A stretch of 64,000 nucleotides of DNA from positions 54,028,244 to 54,092,243 of the forward strand of contig NC_068988.1 of assembly GCF_001194135.2 (NCBI RefSeq), written 5' to 3'. Numbering within the stretch: the first letter of the stretch is position 1; every line of letters starts with the position of its first letter. Position numbers and translations under genes: made by a program. A model generated the notes under the pieces. That model was not told where the DNA came from. It saw only the letters and a list, made by a program, of their open reading frames with translations, and did not search any database. The DNA is from Octopus bimaculoides (Eukaryota). Shown one piece after another: positions 24,686-36,765 of this stretch.

Positions 24686-24767
24686 AGTTCCAATGGATTT
24701 GTTTGGCATTTACTATTTTTCTTCCACTGAGGTTAACCTGTCTTTGCCTAACAAATCCATAGGAACT
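24686..24767. mobile_element. 82-bp mini-MITE-like inverted repeat
   Basis: 23-bp arms AGTTCCAATGGATTTGTTTGGCA / TGCCTAACAAATCCATAGGAACT with 2 mismatches, 36-nt spacer. Confidence 0.65.
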
Positions 24768-24786
24768 AATATTATCATACACACAC

Positions 24787-24935
24787 ATGGTGTTTGGAGT
24801 GATCACTAGTGATGGTGACGTTATTCCTCCATTCATCTTCCCACATGGCCTCACACTCAACATGGAGGCCTACATCAAGTGCCTGGAGGCAGTAGTGCTG
24901 CCCTGGGTCAGGAGGGTGGCTGCTAGAAGACATTA
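24787..24935 (+). pseudogene. DD37D (maT-like) transposase fragment
   Basis: MVFGVITSDGDVIPPFIFPHGLTLNMEAYIKCLEAVVLPWVRRVAARRHY. Confidence 0.75.
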
Positions 24936-25119
24936 TCTCTGTTGTTTCCAAATTTCAGGCAGAGTGAATTACATCATGGTGCTGTTTTTCTCACAGACAG
25001 TGCCCCAAAAATATAAAATGGTGACAATTTACCCATCGCACCCTGTATATCAATATATATATATATGTTTATTTATTTATATATTGTATAATATCTCAAA
25101 CTAATACACTTACATATTC

Positions 25120-25410
25120 AATTGCCAAACAAATAAATGACATTATTAAAAGATACACACAGAAAAATATATAGTATGAAGTCATCTGAAGAATTTCTAC
25201 AGATCTTAGTTGAAACATATACAAAAGGTATCATCCCTACATTAGATGTAGGAAGTTTGTTCAGCAATGTCCCAGTGGGAGAAGTCATAGAAATCATTAT
25301 AAATAATGTATATAAACACCAAATGGTAAAGCTATCTGCAATACCTGAAAACATATATTGAAAAAACTACTTATTACATACAAAACTAAAGTGCCTTTTT
25401 GGTGCTAACA
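25120..25410 (+). pseudogene. Penelope-like element reverse transcriptase fragment
   Basis: IAKQINDII..YSMKSSEEFLQIL..TLDVGSLFSNVPVGEVIEII..KLL..KVPF resembles the PLE RT SLDVxSLFTNVP motif. Confidence 0.75.
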
Positions 25411-25698
25411 AAGACAATTAAAATGATTTAATATTGGTTGGCTGATATCAACATGGGTCAGTAGTGGAATTGTGAGATTCCTTAGTCCAGAAGCTTTTGA
25501 CTGACAAAAAACACCAATGACTCTGGAATCCCTTGTACTAATGGAACCAAGTGTGTTATGAAAAATATTCATTGTAAAGGAAAAGCTATTCTTCTGGGAT
25601 GAACACAACAGTAATTAGCATGTTCATGTTTAAGCCTGATACTAAGAATAAATATGCAAGTCCCATTTGTGTGTGTGGGGGGGGGGTGCGTGTGTATA

Positions 25699-26040
25699 CA
25701 GGGTGCATAAGATATTTGAAGACAGATTTATGTTTATAAAAAAGCAGATATACAATAACAGATAACTTTATTCATCAAAAATTGCTATGAGGATAAAAAT
25801 AAACCTTTTCTATAATGTTATTCAATAAAGCCCCATTCAGCTTCAACAACTGCTTCTATATGAGATCTAAATCATCTTGAATCAAGTGGTCCTGGTTCAT
25901 TTTGGACATTACTCTGACTATGGCAGCCTTCAAAGAATCTTTGGTGTTATGGGCGTATTCATTGACCTCTCTCTCAACAACACACCACATTCAATAGTCC
26001 AATGGATTGAGATCTAGAATTAGGAAACCAAATGTTAAAG
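25699..26040 (-). mobile_element. DD37D-type transposon 3' end with TIR
   Basis: DLNPLDY..HNTKDSLKAAIVRVM..IEAVVEAEWGFIE*; terminus TA|CAGGGTGCAT at 25697-25708. Confidence 0.8.
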
Positions 26041-26187
26041 TTTATGTCATTGCCGTTATCATCATCATCATCATCATCATCATCTAATGTCAGTTTTTCA
26101 TGCTGGCATGGGTTGGATGGTTTGACTGAGGTCTGGAAATATATATATATATATAATTTATTTAATGGGCATAATACATGTATTTAA

Positions 26188-26241
26188 GTGCTACTAATAG
26201 TTTTATTTGTTGAGAAGTACTCAAACATGTTCTTTAGGCAC
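26188..26241 (-). ncRNA. Decayed inverted copy of the 27152 hammerhead motif
   Basis: GTGC-CTAAAGA-stem II-AAAA-CTATTAG-TA-GCAC; stem I perfect, core mutated (G5A, G12A). Confidence 0.6.
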
Positions 26242-26259
26242 AAACCACATATCATATAA

Positions 26260-26815
26260 CTCTCTATTGAACTCTAGGTCAGAAATTTTCAGTAGTGCAA
26301 CCATATGTATAAATATACATAGACATGCAGGAAGTAAATAGACACCTTTAATTTCCAAAATCTTTCATTTGATATTAATTGGTTGAAGGAAAGGTTGTCT
26401 TCTAGCTGCTCATCCAGAATACCCAAGCTTATGCAGATATGTTCTTGGACTAACTTGTAGCTGTTTTGCAATGTTAGAAGCCTTCGAACGGGGTTTGTTT
26501 TCCACAATTCTCTTCAAACAGCAAAACTTCTTTTCCGAGGGCCCAGGTCGGCCGGGACGAGAATCTGTTGATTCCTTTCCTTGGCTCTTGAATTGCACTA
26601 TAATTCTATTAACCGTAGCAAGAGGAATTTGAAGATTTTTCGGCAACTTTTCACTGCCTTAGACCAGCATCAGATTGCCCAACAATATGACCGCCTTGAA
26701 AATCTGGCAGTTCTGCTGAATTTTTTGTGCGTGGCATGGTTACTCTTCACAAATATTTAATATAATGGCACCTGGAATGAAAAAGAATAATTACATTGTA
26801 AATTCCACACCGCTG
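26260..26815 (-). mobile_element. Tc1-like transposon 5' half
   Basis: TA|CAGCGGTGTGG terminus at 26815; KNLQIPLATVNRIIVQFKSQGKESTDSRPGRP paired-like HTH, then frameshifts. Confidence 0.8.
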
Positions 26816-27151
26816 TAAACATATTAAGACACTTAGATCAGAAATTTTGAAAATTAAAGGTGTCTATTTACTTCTTGCATTTCTGTGTATTTCGAAGAAT
26901 TGGAAAATTCCACCTATTCCTGACCAATTTGATATCTTTCCAGCTTTATCATGTAAGGTCGAAGGAGAATAACTCTTTTACCTATTTACCTTTTTATCTT
27001 TTATATTTTAGTTTTTGTTTTTTCATTTTCCATTTTTTGTTTTCCATTTTCTGTTTTTTACTTTCTGCATTTTCTATATGCTGCCTTCTCATTTTTTTTT
27101 TGCATTTCTTCTATTATTCAATTTTTTTTAGTTTATTATGATATGTGGTTT

Positions 27152-27205
27152 GTGCCTGAAGAATATGTTTGAGTACTTCTCAACATATGAAACTATTAGT
27201 AGTGC
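27152..27205 (+). ncRNA. Type I hammerhead ribozyme-like motif, core intact
   Basis: GTGC-CTGAAGA-[ATATGTT(T)GAG TACTT CTCAACATAT 10-bp stem II]-GAAA-CTATTAG-TA-GTGC; follows a long T-rich tract. Confidence 0.75.
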
Positions 27206-28976
27206 TTAAATACATCAGATGGTGTACTTTTTTTGTTGAATTTTCTATCATAGAACAGCACATTTTATATATATATATATNNNNNNNNNNNNNNNNNNNN
27301 NNNNNNNNNNNNNNNNNNNNNNNNNNNNNNNNNNNNNNNNNNNNNNNNNNNNNNNNNNNNNNNNNNNNNNNNNNNNNNNNNNNNNNNNNNNNNNNNNNNN
27401 NNNNNNNNNNNNNNNNNNNNNNNNNNNNNNNNNNNNNNNNNNNNNNATATATTATATACATTATATATATGTTATATATATAATATATATTATTATATAT
27501 ATTATATATATGTTATATATATGCTATATATGATATATATATATATATATATATATATGCTTACATTTGTGGATGGGTCTTTTTCATTGTTAAGTCTTCT
27601 CCAATGTCATGAAGTACCAGTGAACATGCCCTTTGTCATATTTTGCTCGGGAAGTAGCATCTTGAGATCAGTCTTGACCATTTTATACCAAGTCTTTTTT
27701 GGTGTTCCTCTTTATATTCTCCATTCATTTTGAGTGTGTGTGACTCTTGTTTATGCAGCTTTCATCTTTCATGCATATCATATGCCCATACCAACATACC
27801 AACGTAGACTTCTCTCTTGCACTCCACATCTAATTCATTTTATATTTAGTTTTTCTCTCAGCTCATTAATATTCCATCATATATGCACATTATAGGGAAT
27901 GAGAGAGCAAGGGGTGGGGGAGGGAGTGGAAGAGCTATGTATATAAATGTAGATTATATATATATTTTTATAAGTGTGTGTGTACTGCATTGCATTGCAT
28001 TTACATATACATTTGTACATGTATGTTCATCATCGTCATTATGCTATGTGTGTGTGTGCGTGTGTATACATATATTTAAATACACATGCACAACACACAC
28101 ACAATTATATATATATATATATNNNNNNNNNNNNNNNNNNNNNNNNNNNNNNNNNNNNNNNNNNNNNNNNNNNNNNNNNNNNNNNNNNNNNNNNNNNNNN
28201 NNNNNNNNNNNNNNNNNNNNNNNNNNNNNNNNNNNNNNNNNNNNNNNNNNNNNNNNNNNNNNNNNNNNNNNNNNNNNNNNNNNNNNNNNTATATATATAC
28301 ATGTATACACAATTACACTCATATATACATTTCTATAGTTTCCTCTCTTTCTGTTGTGTCTTCCTCTTTCACTGTGTATATGTGTGTGTACATACATATA
28401 TATGTGCACGTCCACACGCACACACACATGCACACACACACACGCACACACATACACACACATGCACATACACACATGCATGCATGCACATACATACATG
28501 TACACGCACAAATGCTTATATTTCAATGCCGTTTATTTCTTTAAACTGTAGCTTACACTTTCTAATTTTCTTCCCCTAAGAGAACGTAATAAACTGTTTA
28601 TTCAAACGAACATTTTCTCCTTCTTTTCTTGTTTACTGTCTTCAATCTATAAAGTAGAAAATGAAAATTAACTATAATATTTTATACTAACTCTGTTCAT
28701 ATACAGTGGATGTAAATATTTTCTAATCGATTTTCAAGTTGATTTGAGAGATTCATGTGGATGAAATAGTAAAGAATAAATAATAGTGGTAGGATTAAAA
28801 GAAGAGAGGCAAGAGCTAGTGAGAGAGAGAGAGAGAGAAAGAGAGAAGGAGACAAACAACAAGAGAAAGAGAGATGCAGTGTTATGTAGGAATTTTAAAT
28901 TACAGGATATGAAAGCATAAAACCTTTGATATTGCTGCTTGTGAAAAGTGTATGTATGTAAGTATATGGGTATATC

Positions 28977-29062
<86 letters not shown>

Positions 29063-29729
29063 TGTATGCATATATGCACCAGTTATTTTTCAAATTTCTC
29101 GCAATGAAGAATGAGCCGGTGTCTAACTCAAAAACAAGGTACTTACATTGGGATTTAGAAAACATCAACAGGGTAGTCTTATGTACATGTATGTATGCAT
29201 GTATGTATGCATGTATGTATGTATGCATGTATGTATGTATGTATGTATGTATGTATGTATGTATGTATGCCTGTGAGTATCTGTGCATACATGTATATTC
29301 CAGTTTATTTTCCAAACTTTTTGCTGATAGAGAGAAACTGTTGGTTTCTTAGCCAGAAACAAGCTTCTTTTATTGGGGATTTAGCATCAATGTGTGTGTA
29401 TGTGTTTGTGTGAGCATAAAGTTCTTGCATTGATTTAAATAAATGAGGGTCCCATTTGTTTGATCTCTTCCTTATAAATTGTTGAGTTATTTCCATGACA
29501 TATGCATCCTTAATGTAATTGCAAAGCAGAATCAACTTCATACTGTTTATACAAAACTCATTTCTTGAATTACAGTATTCTGTTTATGAAATGTCCTTCT
29601 GTAAGGGATAGGTCAATATAAAACTAATGGCATAAACATCTTCCTGGTAAAAAAAAGGTGTGTGTATGCATGTATGTAAGTGTATGTGCCTGTGTGCATG
29701 TGTGTATGTATACATATATATGCATATGG

Positions 29730-29760
<31 letters not shown>

Positions 29761-29789
29761 AAAAAGTTATCTTCTTGAGTCATACTGAC

Positions 29790-30000
29790 ATATAAGGGCT
29801 GGTTTCCTGGTTTCCGCAGCATATAAATTTCTCCACCTGGATGAGATGTCAGTCTGCCACAAGATTACTCATTTTTGCCAGCTGAGTGGACTGGAGCAAC
29901 GCAAAATGTAGTGTTTTGCCCAAGAACACAACACACCACCCAGTCCAAGAATCGAAACCATAATCTTATGATCATGAGTCCAACACCCTAATCACTAACC
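29790..30000 (-). mobile_element. SINE, same type as 21902-22150
   Basis: Reverse match including ACTCATTTTTGCCAGCTGAGTGGACTGGAGCAAC. Confidence 0.75.
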
Positions 30001-30407
30001 CACACACCACCGCAAAAGCAAAATTGACCCCACAGGAATTTGAACTCTGAACACAAAGGTCGATAGAACGCTGCTAGACATTGCTTTGCATGCTAATGAT
30101 TCTGCAGATCACTGCCTCATGGATATATACAGAAACTATGCACACAGGAACTTCATAAGAGTCATCTTAATTCATCTAAATGATGTGTTTATTTCCTGAG
30201 AAAGCATGACAGTCAACTAGATATTAGCTATTCCCAATGTTTATGCAAAATTAACAGAAGAAAATGAATACATACATACATACATACATACAAATAGCAC
30301 ACATCAGCACCAGTCTATGGAAGCAATGACTTATCAACCCCCCCNNNNNNNNNNGCTATTATAGAAAGCAGAAATGAAATGATGATATATATATATATAT
30401 ATATATA

Positions 30408-30622
30408 CAAGGGGGTGCTGAAAAGTTCCTGGTTTTGGTGGGTAAAAGAAAATACAGGAGTATGATTATGATTTTATTCAACATATTCTCCTCTTAGATT
30501 CACACACTTATTGCATCAGTCTTTCAATTTTTCTAAGCCCTGTAAAAGAACTCAGAAGGTTGGTCCTCCAGCAAGGTTTTTTGTGATGCCTTTTAAGTCT
30601 GAAACTTTTCAGCAACCCCTCA
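30408..30622. mobile_element. Mariner-derived MITE
   Basis: TA|CAAGGGGGTGCTGAAAAGTT left TIR, AACTTTTCAGCAACCCCTCA right TIR; internal - strand GLRKLKD*CNKCVNLRGEYVE is a mariner C-terminus. Confidence 0.8.
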
Positions 30623-31037
30623 TGTGTATGTATATAGGAGAAGGAAAACTGATATAATGTCTCTAACTTCATTTGTATGTAATGATGTAGACTAGTTGTT
30701 CTTTTTTGGACAAATGTATACATTGTTTTGAGAGTAGGATTGGCACTCACTTTAAAAAGATTCAGATTCAGGGACAAGCATCTCTGTTATCTGTTCCATG
30801 ATATAGCTGGCCATAGCTGAGCAAGGCAAGACAATGAAAGATTCCATGATGGAATGAAGGCATGTATAAACATAGTTGGCAAGCTCTCTTAACACCTGTT
30901 ACAAAAGGCACCTATTGTTGCCACATCTTTATAAAAGAGTGTTGGTCCCTAGCAGGATTGAAGAGTTACATATGTGCTGCTTATGCTTCAGAGAACAACC
31001 AAGCAATTACATTGCTTGAAATCAAGTGCAGCCATCA

Positions 31038-31101
<64 letters not shown>

Positions 31102-31905
31102 NNNNNNNNNNNNNNNNNNNNNNNNNNNNNNNNNNNNNNNNNNNNNNNNNNNNNNNNNNNNNNNNNNNNNNNNNNNNNNNNNNNNNNNNNNNNNNNNNNN
31201 NNNNNNNNNNNNNNNNNNNNNNNNNNNNNNNNNNNNNNNNNNNNNNNNNNNNNNNNNNNNNNNNNNNNNNNNNNNNNNNNNNNNNNNNNNNNNNNNNNNN
31301 NNNNNNNNNNNNNNNNNNNNNNNNNNNNNNNNNNNNNNNNNNNNNNNNNNNNNNNNNNNNNNNNNNNNNNNNNNNNNNNNNNNNNNNNNNNNNNNNNNNN
31401 NNNNNNNNNNNNNNNNNNNNNNNNNNNNNNNNNNNNNNNNNNNNNNNNNNNNNNNNNNNNNNNNNNNNNNNNNNNNNNNNNNNNNNNNNNNNNNNNNNNN
31501 NNNNNNNNNNNNNNNNNNNNNNNNNNNNNNNNNNNNNNNNNNNNNNNNNNNNNNNNNNNNNNNNNNNNNNNNNNNNNNNNNNNNNNNNNNNNNNNNNNNN
31601 NNNNNNNNNNNNNNNNNNNNNNNNNNNNNNNNNNNNNNNNNNNNNNNNNNNNNNNNNNNNNNNNNNNNNNNNNNNNNNNNNNNNNNNNNNNNNNNNNNNN
31701 NNNNNNNNNNNNNNNNNNNNNNNNNNNNNNNNNNNNNNNNNNNNNNNNNNNNNNNNNNNNNNNNNNNNNNNNNNNNNNNNNNNNNNNNNNNNNNNNNNNN
31801 NNNNNNNNNNNNNNNNNNNNNNNNNNNNNNNNNNNNNNNNNNNNNNNNNNNNNNNNNNNNNNNNNNNNNNNNNNNNNNNNNNNNNNNNNNNNNNNNNNNN
31901 NNNNN

Positions 31906-31953
<48 letters not shown>

Positions 31954-32387
31954 TATGTGTGTGTGTGTGCAGGTGTATCTGTGTGTATGCATATGCGTAT
32001 ATACACATGCATGTGCATGCACAGACACAAAGGTATTTAATCACAAATAGTAACAGCCATAATAATGTGAATGGATAATTTCTCTCATGATCAGCAATGC
32101 TACTTTCTCCTATAATCTTGACCTTGATACCATTTTCATTGATATAGTAAAAAAATAACAACAACAACAAAACAAAAAAACAGAAAACAAAATCAATCAA
32201 TATATATATGAGGTAGATATCTATTAACTAATGATTATTTCTCCCCATACTATGAATGCACACAGACGCAGACGCAGACACACACACACACATACACACA
32301 CACACTTACACACTCAGACATACACACAAATGTGTGTATATGTATTCATATATATGTATATGTAACTATTTATATATGTATATATAA

Positions 32388-32425
<38 letters not shown>

Positions 32426-32658
32426 ACACATGTTTTTCATGTATATGTGTACAGGAGCCTGTATTTATATCTGTCTGTAAGTGTCTATGCTTGTGATTGC
32501 ATGANNNNNNNNNNATATATGTATGTATGTGTATGTATATACATACATGCATATAATCAATAATTATATATCTAATATATACGTTTCTATTCAATGAACC
32601 CAAATTTCCAATGAGACTCAGTGAAGCACTAAGAAGTTCTTTTGTCCTTTCTCGTTTT

Positions 32659-32711
<53 letters not shown>

Positions 32712-33312
32712 CATGTTCACACACATACATATTTGTGTATTTATATGTGTATAACTACGTATACAAGTGCAAGGAAATGTACTCAAGACACATATACACA
32801 CACGCAGCTATATGCATGTGTGTGTGTGTTTGTTTGTATATGGGTGTTCATGTGTGTGTGCGTGTGTGTGTGTGCGCGTGTGTGTGTAAGTGTACGTGTA
32901 TACGTTTGCATATCTGCATTCGTGTGTGAGTGCTTGTTTAAAAGAAGCAATCACCAGTCTGTTACCTGTGCAGCTGGTACGTTTATGCAAAGGAATTCTG
33001 TCTATGAGACAAGAATAAATATTCTGTTGGAATTTAAGTGTCTGCCTTTGTTTCCTGGTTTTTGAAGCTAAAACCTGATTCATTGCATGCTCGAAAGTCA
33101 TATTATTTTTAATAGCTTTTAATTGGCATTTTAGTATCAGTGATTGGTTGCTAGTCACAGGACAAGAGTTCAAATTCTGGACAGTTTCTTGTTCTTTTAA
33201 ATATACTCTACCTACAATGTATATGTGAAACTATAAAAACAAATATGAATAAGTATGTGTGTACATACATACATGCATACATACATACATGCATACATAC
33301 ATACATGCATAC

Positions 33313-33346
<34 letters not shown>

Positions 33347-33880
33347 ACATATATGTATGCATGTATAAATAAAATGGGTGGCTAATTAGCAATTTCAAGG
33401 CAAGTTAATAGAGGTTACTAAAGTGACCTCTATTAACATATATATATAGATATATTTATNNNNNNNNNNNNNNNNNNNNNNNNNNNNNNNNNNNNNNNNN
33501 NNNNNNNNNNNNNNNNNNNNNNNNNNNNNNNNNNNNNNNNNNNNNNNNNNNNNNNNNNNNNNNNNNNNNNNNNNNNNNNNNNNNNNNNNNNNNNNNNNNN
33601 NNNNNNNNNNNNNNNNNNNNNNNNNNNNNNNNNNNNNNNNNNNNNNNNNNNNNNNNNNNNNNNNNNNNNNNNNNNNNNNNNNNNNNNNNNNNNNNNNNNN
33701 NNNNNNNNNNNNNNNNNNNNNNNNNNNNNNNNNNNNNNNNNNNNNNNNNNNNNNNNNNNNNNNNNNNNNNNNNNNNNNNNNNNNNNNNNNNNNNNNNNNN
33801 NNNNNNNNNNNNNNNNNNNNNNNNNNNNNNNNNNNNNNNNNNNNNNNNGATAAATAGGTAGACCGATAGATATATATATA

Positions 33881-34441
33881 TCAGGTGATTCAGAATGAAA
33901 TGTCCGATATCCTTATGCACCAAGTTTGACAGTCGTTAGCTTTAATGTTTAATCCTGACAATTCTTTGCTTTACAACATTGAAGAGTTACATCATCACTT
34001 TTTGAAATACAATTCATGGTGTCTGATTATATTGTGAGTTTTCTCTTGTAAATCAATTTTTGTGAATCCATGGATAGATAAAAAAATTTGTGTTGTTTAT
34101 GAATATGAGTTCCGTTGTGGAGCCAATGCAGTTGGTGAAGATGTGGTGAATGCATGTACTGTACAACGATGGTTTGAGAAGTTCCAGTCTGGTGACTTTA
34201 CTCTTGGAAATCAGCCCCATGGTTGATCTGAGACCAAGATGGATAATGATGAGCTGGAAACTGTAGTGGAAGCGGACATATCTCAAACTACGCATGAGTT
34301 AGCAGCAAGGTTTGATGTTTCGATTCCAACTGTATTGGACCATCTGAAAAATTGGCAAGGTAAAGAGACTGGACAAATGGGTACCACATGAACTGAATGA
34401 GCATCAAATGACACGTCGTCTTGAAACTTGCTGTTCTTTGC
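33881..34441 (+). mobile_element. Mariner (cecropia/Hsmar1-like) 5' half, decayed
   Basis: TVQRWFEKFQSGD..ELETVVEADISQTTHELA..KVKRLDKWVPHEL (WVPHEL motif). Confidence 0.85.
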
Positions 34442-34468
34442 TAGTCATATGGCTGGTCTTAGAAATTA

Positions 34469-34603
34469 TTGTAGGTTTCCCCGCTATGTCCATGTGTTAG
34501 TATCAAGTGACAACATTTGGCATTGTAAGTTAAGGCTGACATGGTTACGACACCAAACATTGTCACTTTATACTAACACACGGATATTGTGGGAAACTTA
34601 TAA
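34469..34603. repeat. Fold-back palindrome, about 60-bp arms
   Basis: GTTTCCCCGCTATGTCCATGTGTTAGTATCAAGTGACAACATTTGG is an inverted match to CCAAACATTGTCACTTTATACTAACACACGGATATTGTGGGAAAC, mostly transition differences. Confidence 0.85.
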
Positions 34604-34610
34604 CTCCTTG

Positions 34611-34790
34611 TAATACCAAAGATGAACTGAAGGTAAGGATTATGGCGGCATTCATCATCTTAAACAAGAAAAGTTGCAGGAGATTCCAAAGTCGTCTGGA
34701 GGCCATGGTTGAAGCTAATGGCAATTTTATTGAACAAATTTACTCTTTAGTATTTCAAGATATTTTTATGTAATTTTGGTAAATATATCT
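34611..34790 (+). pseudogene. DD37D transposase C-terminal fragment
   Basis: NTKDELKVRIMAAF..CRRFQSRLEAMVEANGNFIE. Confidence 0.75.
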
Positions 34791-35862
34791 GCTAAAAGGA
34801 GATGTCAGTGTTATTTTCATTTTTGCATAATTTAAATGACAATATATTCACTGCACCCTGTATACACACATACACACACAAACACANNNNNNNNNNNNNN
34901 NNNNNNNNNNNNNNNNNNNNNNNNNNNNNNNNNNNNNNNNNNNNNNNNNNNNNNNNNNNNNNNNNNNNNNNNNNNNNNNNNNNNNNNNNNNNNNNNNNNN
35001 NNNNNNNNNNNNNNNNNNNNNNNNNNNNNNNNNNNNNNNNNNNNNNNNNNNNNNNNNNNNNNNNNNNNNNNNNNNNNNNNNNNNNNNNNNNNNNNNNNNN
35101 NNNNNNNNNNNNNNNNNNNNNNNNNNNNNNNNNNNNNNNNNNNNNNNNNNNNNNNNNNNNNNNNNNNNNNNNNNNNNNNNNNNNNNNNNNNNNNNNNNNN
35201 NNNNNNNNNNNNNNNNNNNNNNNNNNNNNNNNNNNNNNNNNNNNNNNNNNNNNNNNNNNNNNNNNNNNNNNNNNNNNNNNNNNNNNNNNNNNNNNNNNNN
35301 NNNNNNNNNNNNNNNNNNNNNNNNNNNNNNNNNNNNNNNNNNNNNNNNNNNNNNNNNNNNNNNNNNNNNNNNNNNNNNNNNNNNNNNNNNNNNNNNNNNN
35401 NNNNNNNNNNNNNNNNNNNNNNNNNNNNNNNNNNNNNNNNNNNNNNNNNNNNNNNNNNNNNNNNNNNNNNNNNNNNNNNNNNNNNNNNNNNNNNNNNNNN
35501 NNNNNNNNNNNNNNNNNNNNNNNNNNNNNNNNNNNNNNNNNNNNNNNNNNNNNNNNNNNNNNNNNNNNNNNNNNNNNNNNNNNNNNNNNNNNNNNNNNNN
35601 NNNNNNNNNNNNNNNNNNNNNNNNNNNNNNNNNNNNNNNNNNNNNNNNNNNNNNNNNNNNNNNNNNNNNNNNNNNNNNNNNNNNNNNNNNNNNNNNNNNN
35701 NNNNNNNNNNNNNNNNNNNNNNNNNNNNNNNNNNNNNNNNNNNNNNNNNNNNNNNNNNNNNNNNNNNNTATATATATATATATCAAATATGAGTGAGCAA
35801 ATGAAAGTAAATAACACTATACATTTGATAGGTGTTTTGTATATTTTAAATAGATGTTTGAA

Positions 35863-36030
35863 TAATAGTTTGACTCAGCTGCACATGACTTAAAGCCCTG
35901 TGGGTGTGTAGGACAATGTCCATCTCATCAGATTCTGGGAGCTGTTCCTAGAATTTGATGAGATGGATATGTCCTACACTACACACCCATAAAATTTTAA
36001 GTCATGTGTTACTGAATCAAACTGCTATTA
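35863..36030. mobile_element. 168-bp palindromic element whose arms each carry a decayed hammerhead-like motif
   Basis: Arms are inverted copies; each reads (C/T)TGATGA-G-ATGGA..GT CCT ACAC..CCCA-x5-TTTAAG-TC outward from the centre. Confidence 0.8.
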
Positions 36031-36710
36031 CACACATGCACATGCACACACACACACATGCACGTGCTCACACAGACACAAATGACGGACTATCCTGTCG
36101 AAGATGATGCATGAGTGTTCAACAAGAAAAAAAATCCAACCAAATAAACAGTCAACAACACACTCACATTACCATTAATGCTATTCACCAATGTTTGCTA
36201 ATCATTCACTTCACCTGGTAACTCCTCATGTGATTCCTCAGGCCACCAAAAGCAGTATGAATATGAACATGACTATGACTTATTAAACCAGCATGTGATC
36301 TTGCTGAGAAATCACAATGTAGACAATAGTGGTTTGCAGGTTCTGTTGGTTTCTTTTCCAATTTACTTGTAACTTTTCTTGATGAAGTATCCCTTAAGTT
36401 TCAAAAATTTGGAGCTGGAAAAAGCATTCTCTCCTCCAATCTGTAGTTTCTTGCAAGTTACTTAAATTTTTCTTTCCCGATGCTCAGGTGTTTCAAATTA
36501 TTTTTTAATTTGTCTTTATACTGTAGAAGTGGCTGGCTTACATTGTGTCATGAATTTACAAACTGACCATAAAAGATTTGGTTTGATATTCAACTAGTAT
36601 TTGTGTGAATGATATGTCCACACAATCACATCAGAAACTTAATCAAGAAAGCTTCTTTACCAGATATTTCACACATTTCCTGGATATCTCACTCAACCTT
36701 GCATATTTAC

Positions 36711-36765
<55 letters not shown>

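Noticed and set aside
30862-32200. Long ORFs in the track (also around 34.8, 42, 43.3 and 47 kb)
   Set aside because: They run through N gaps and dinucleotide repeats; not coding evidence
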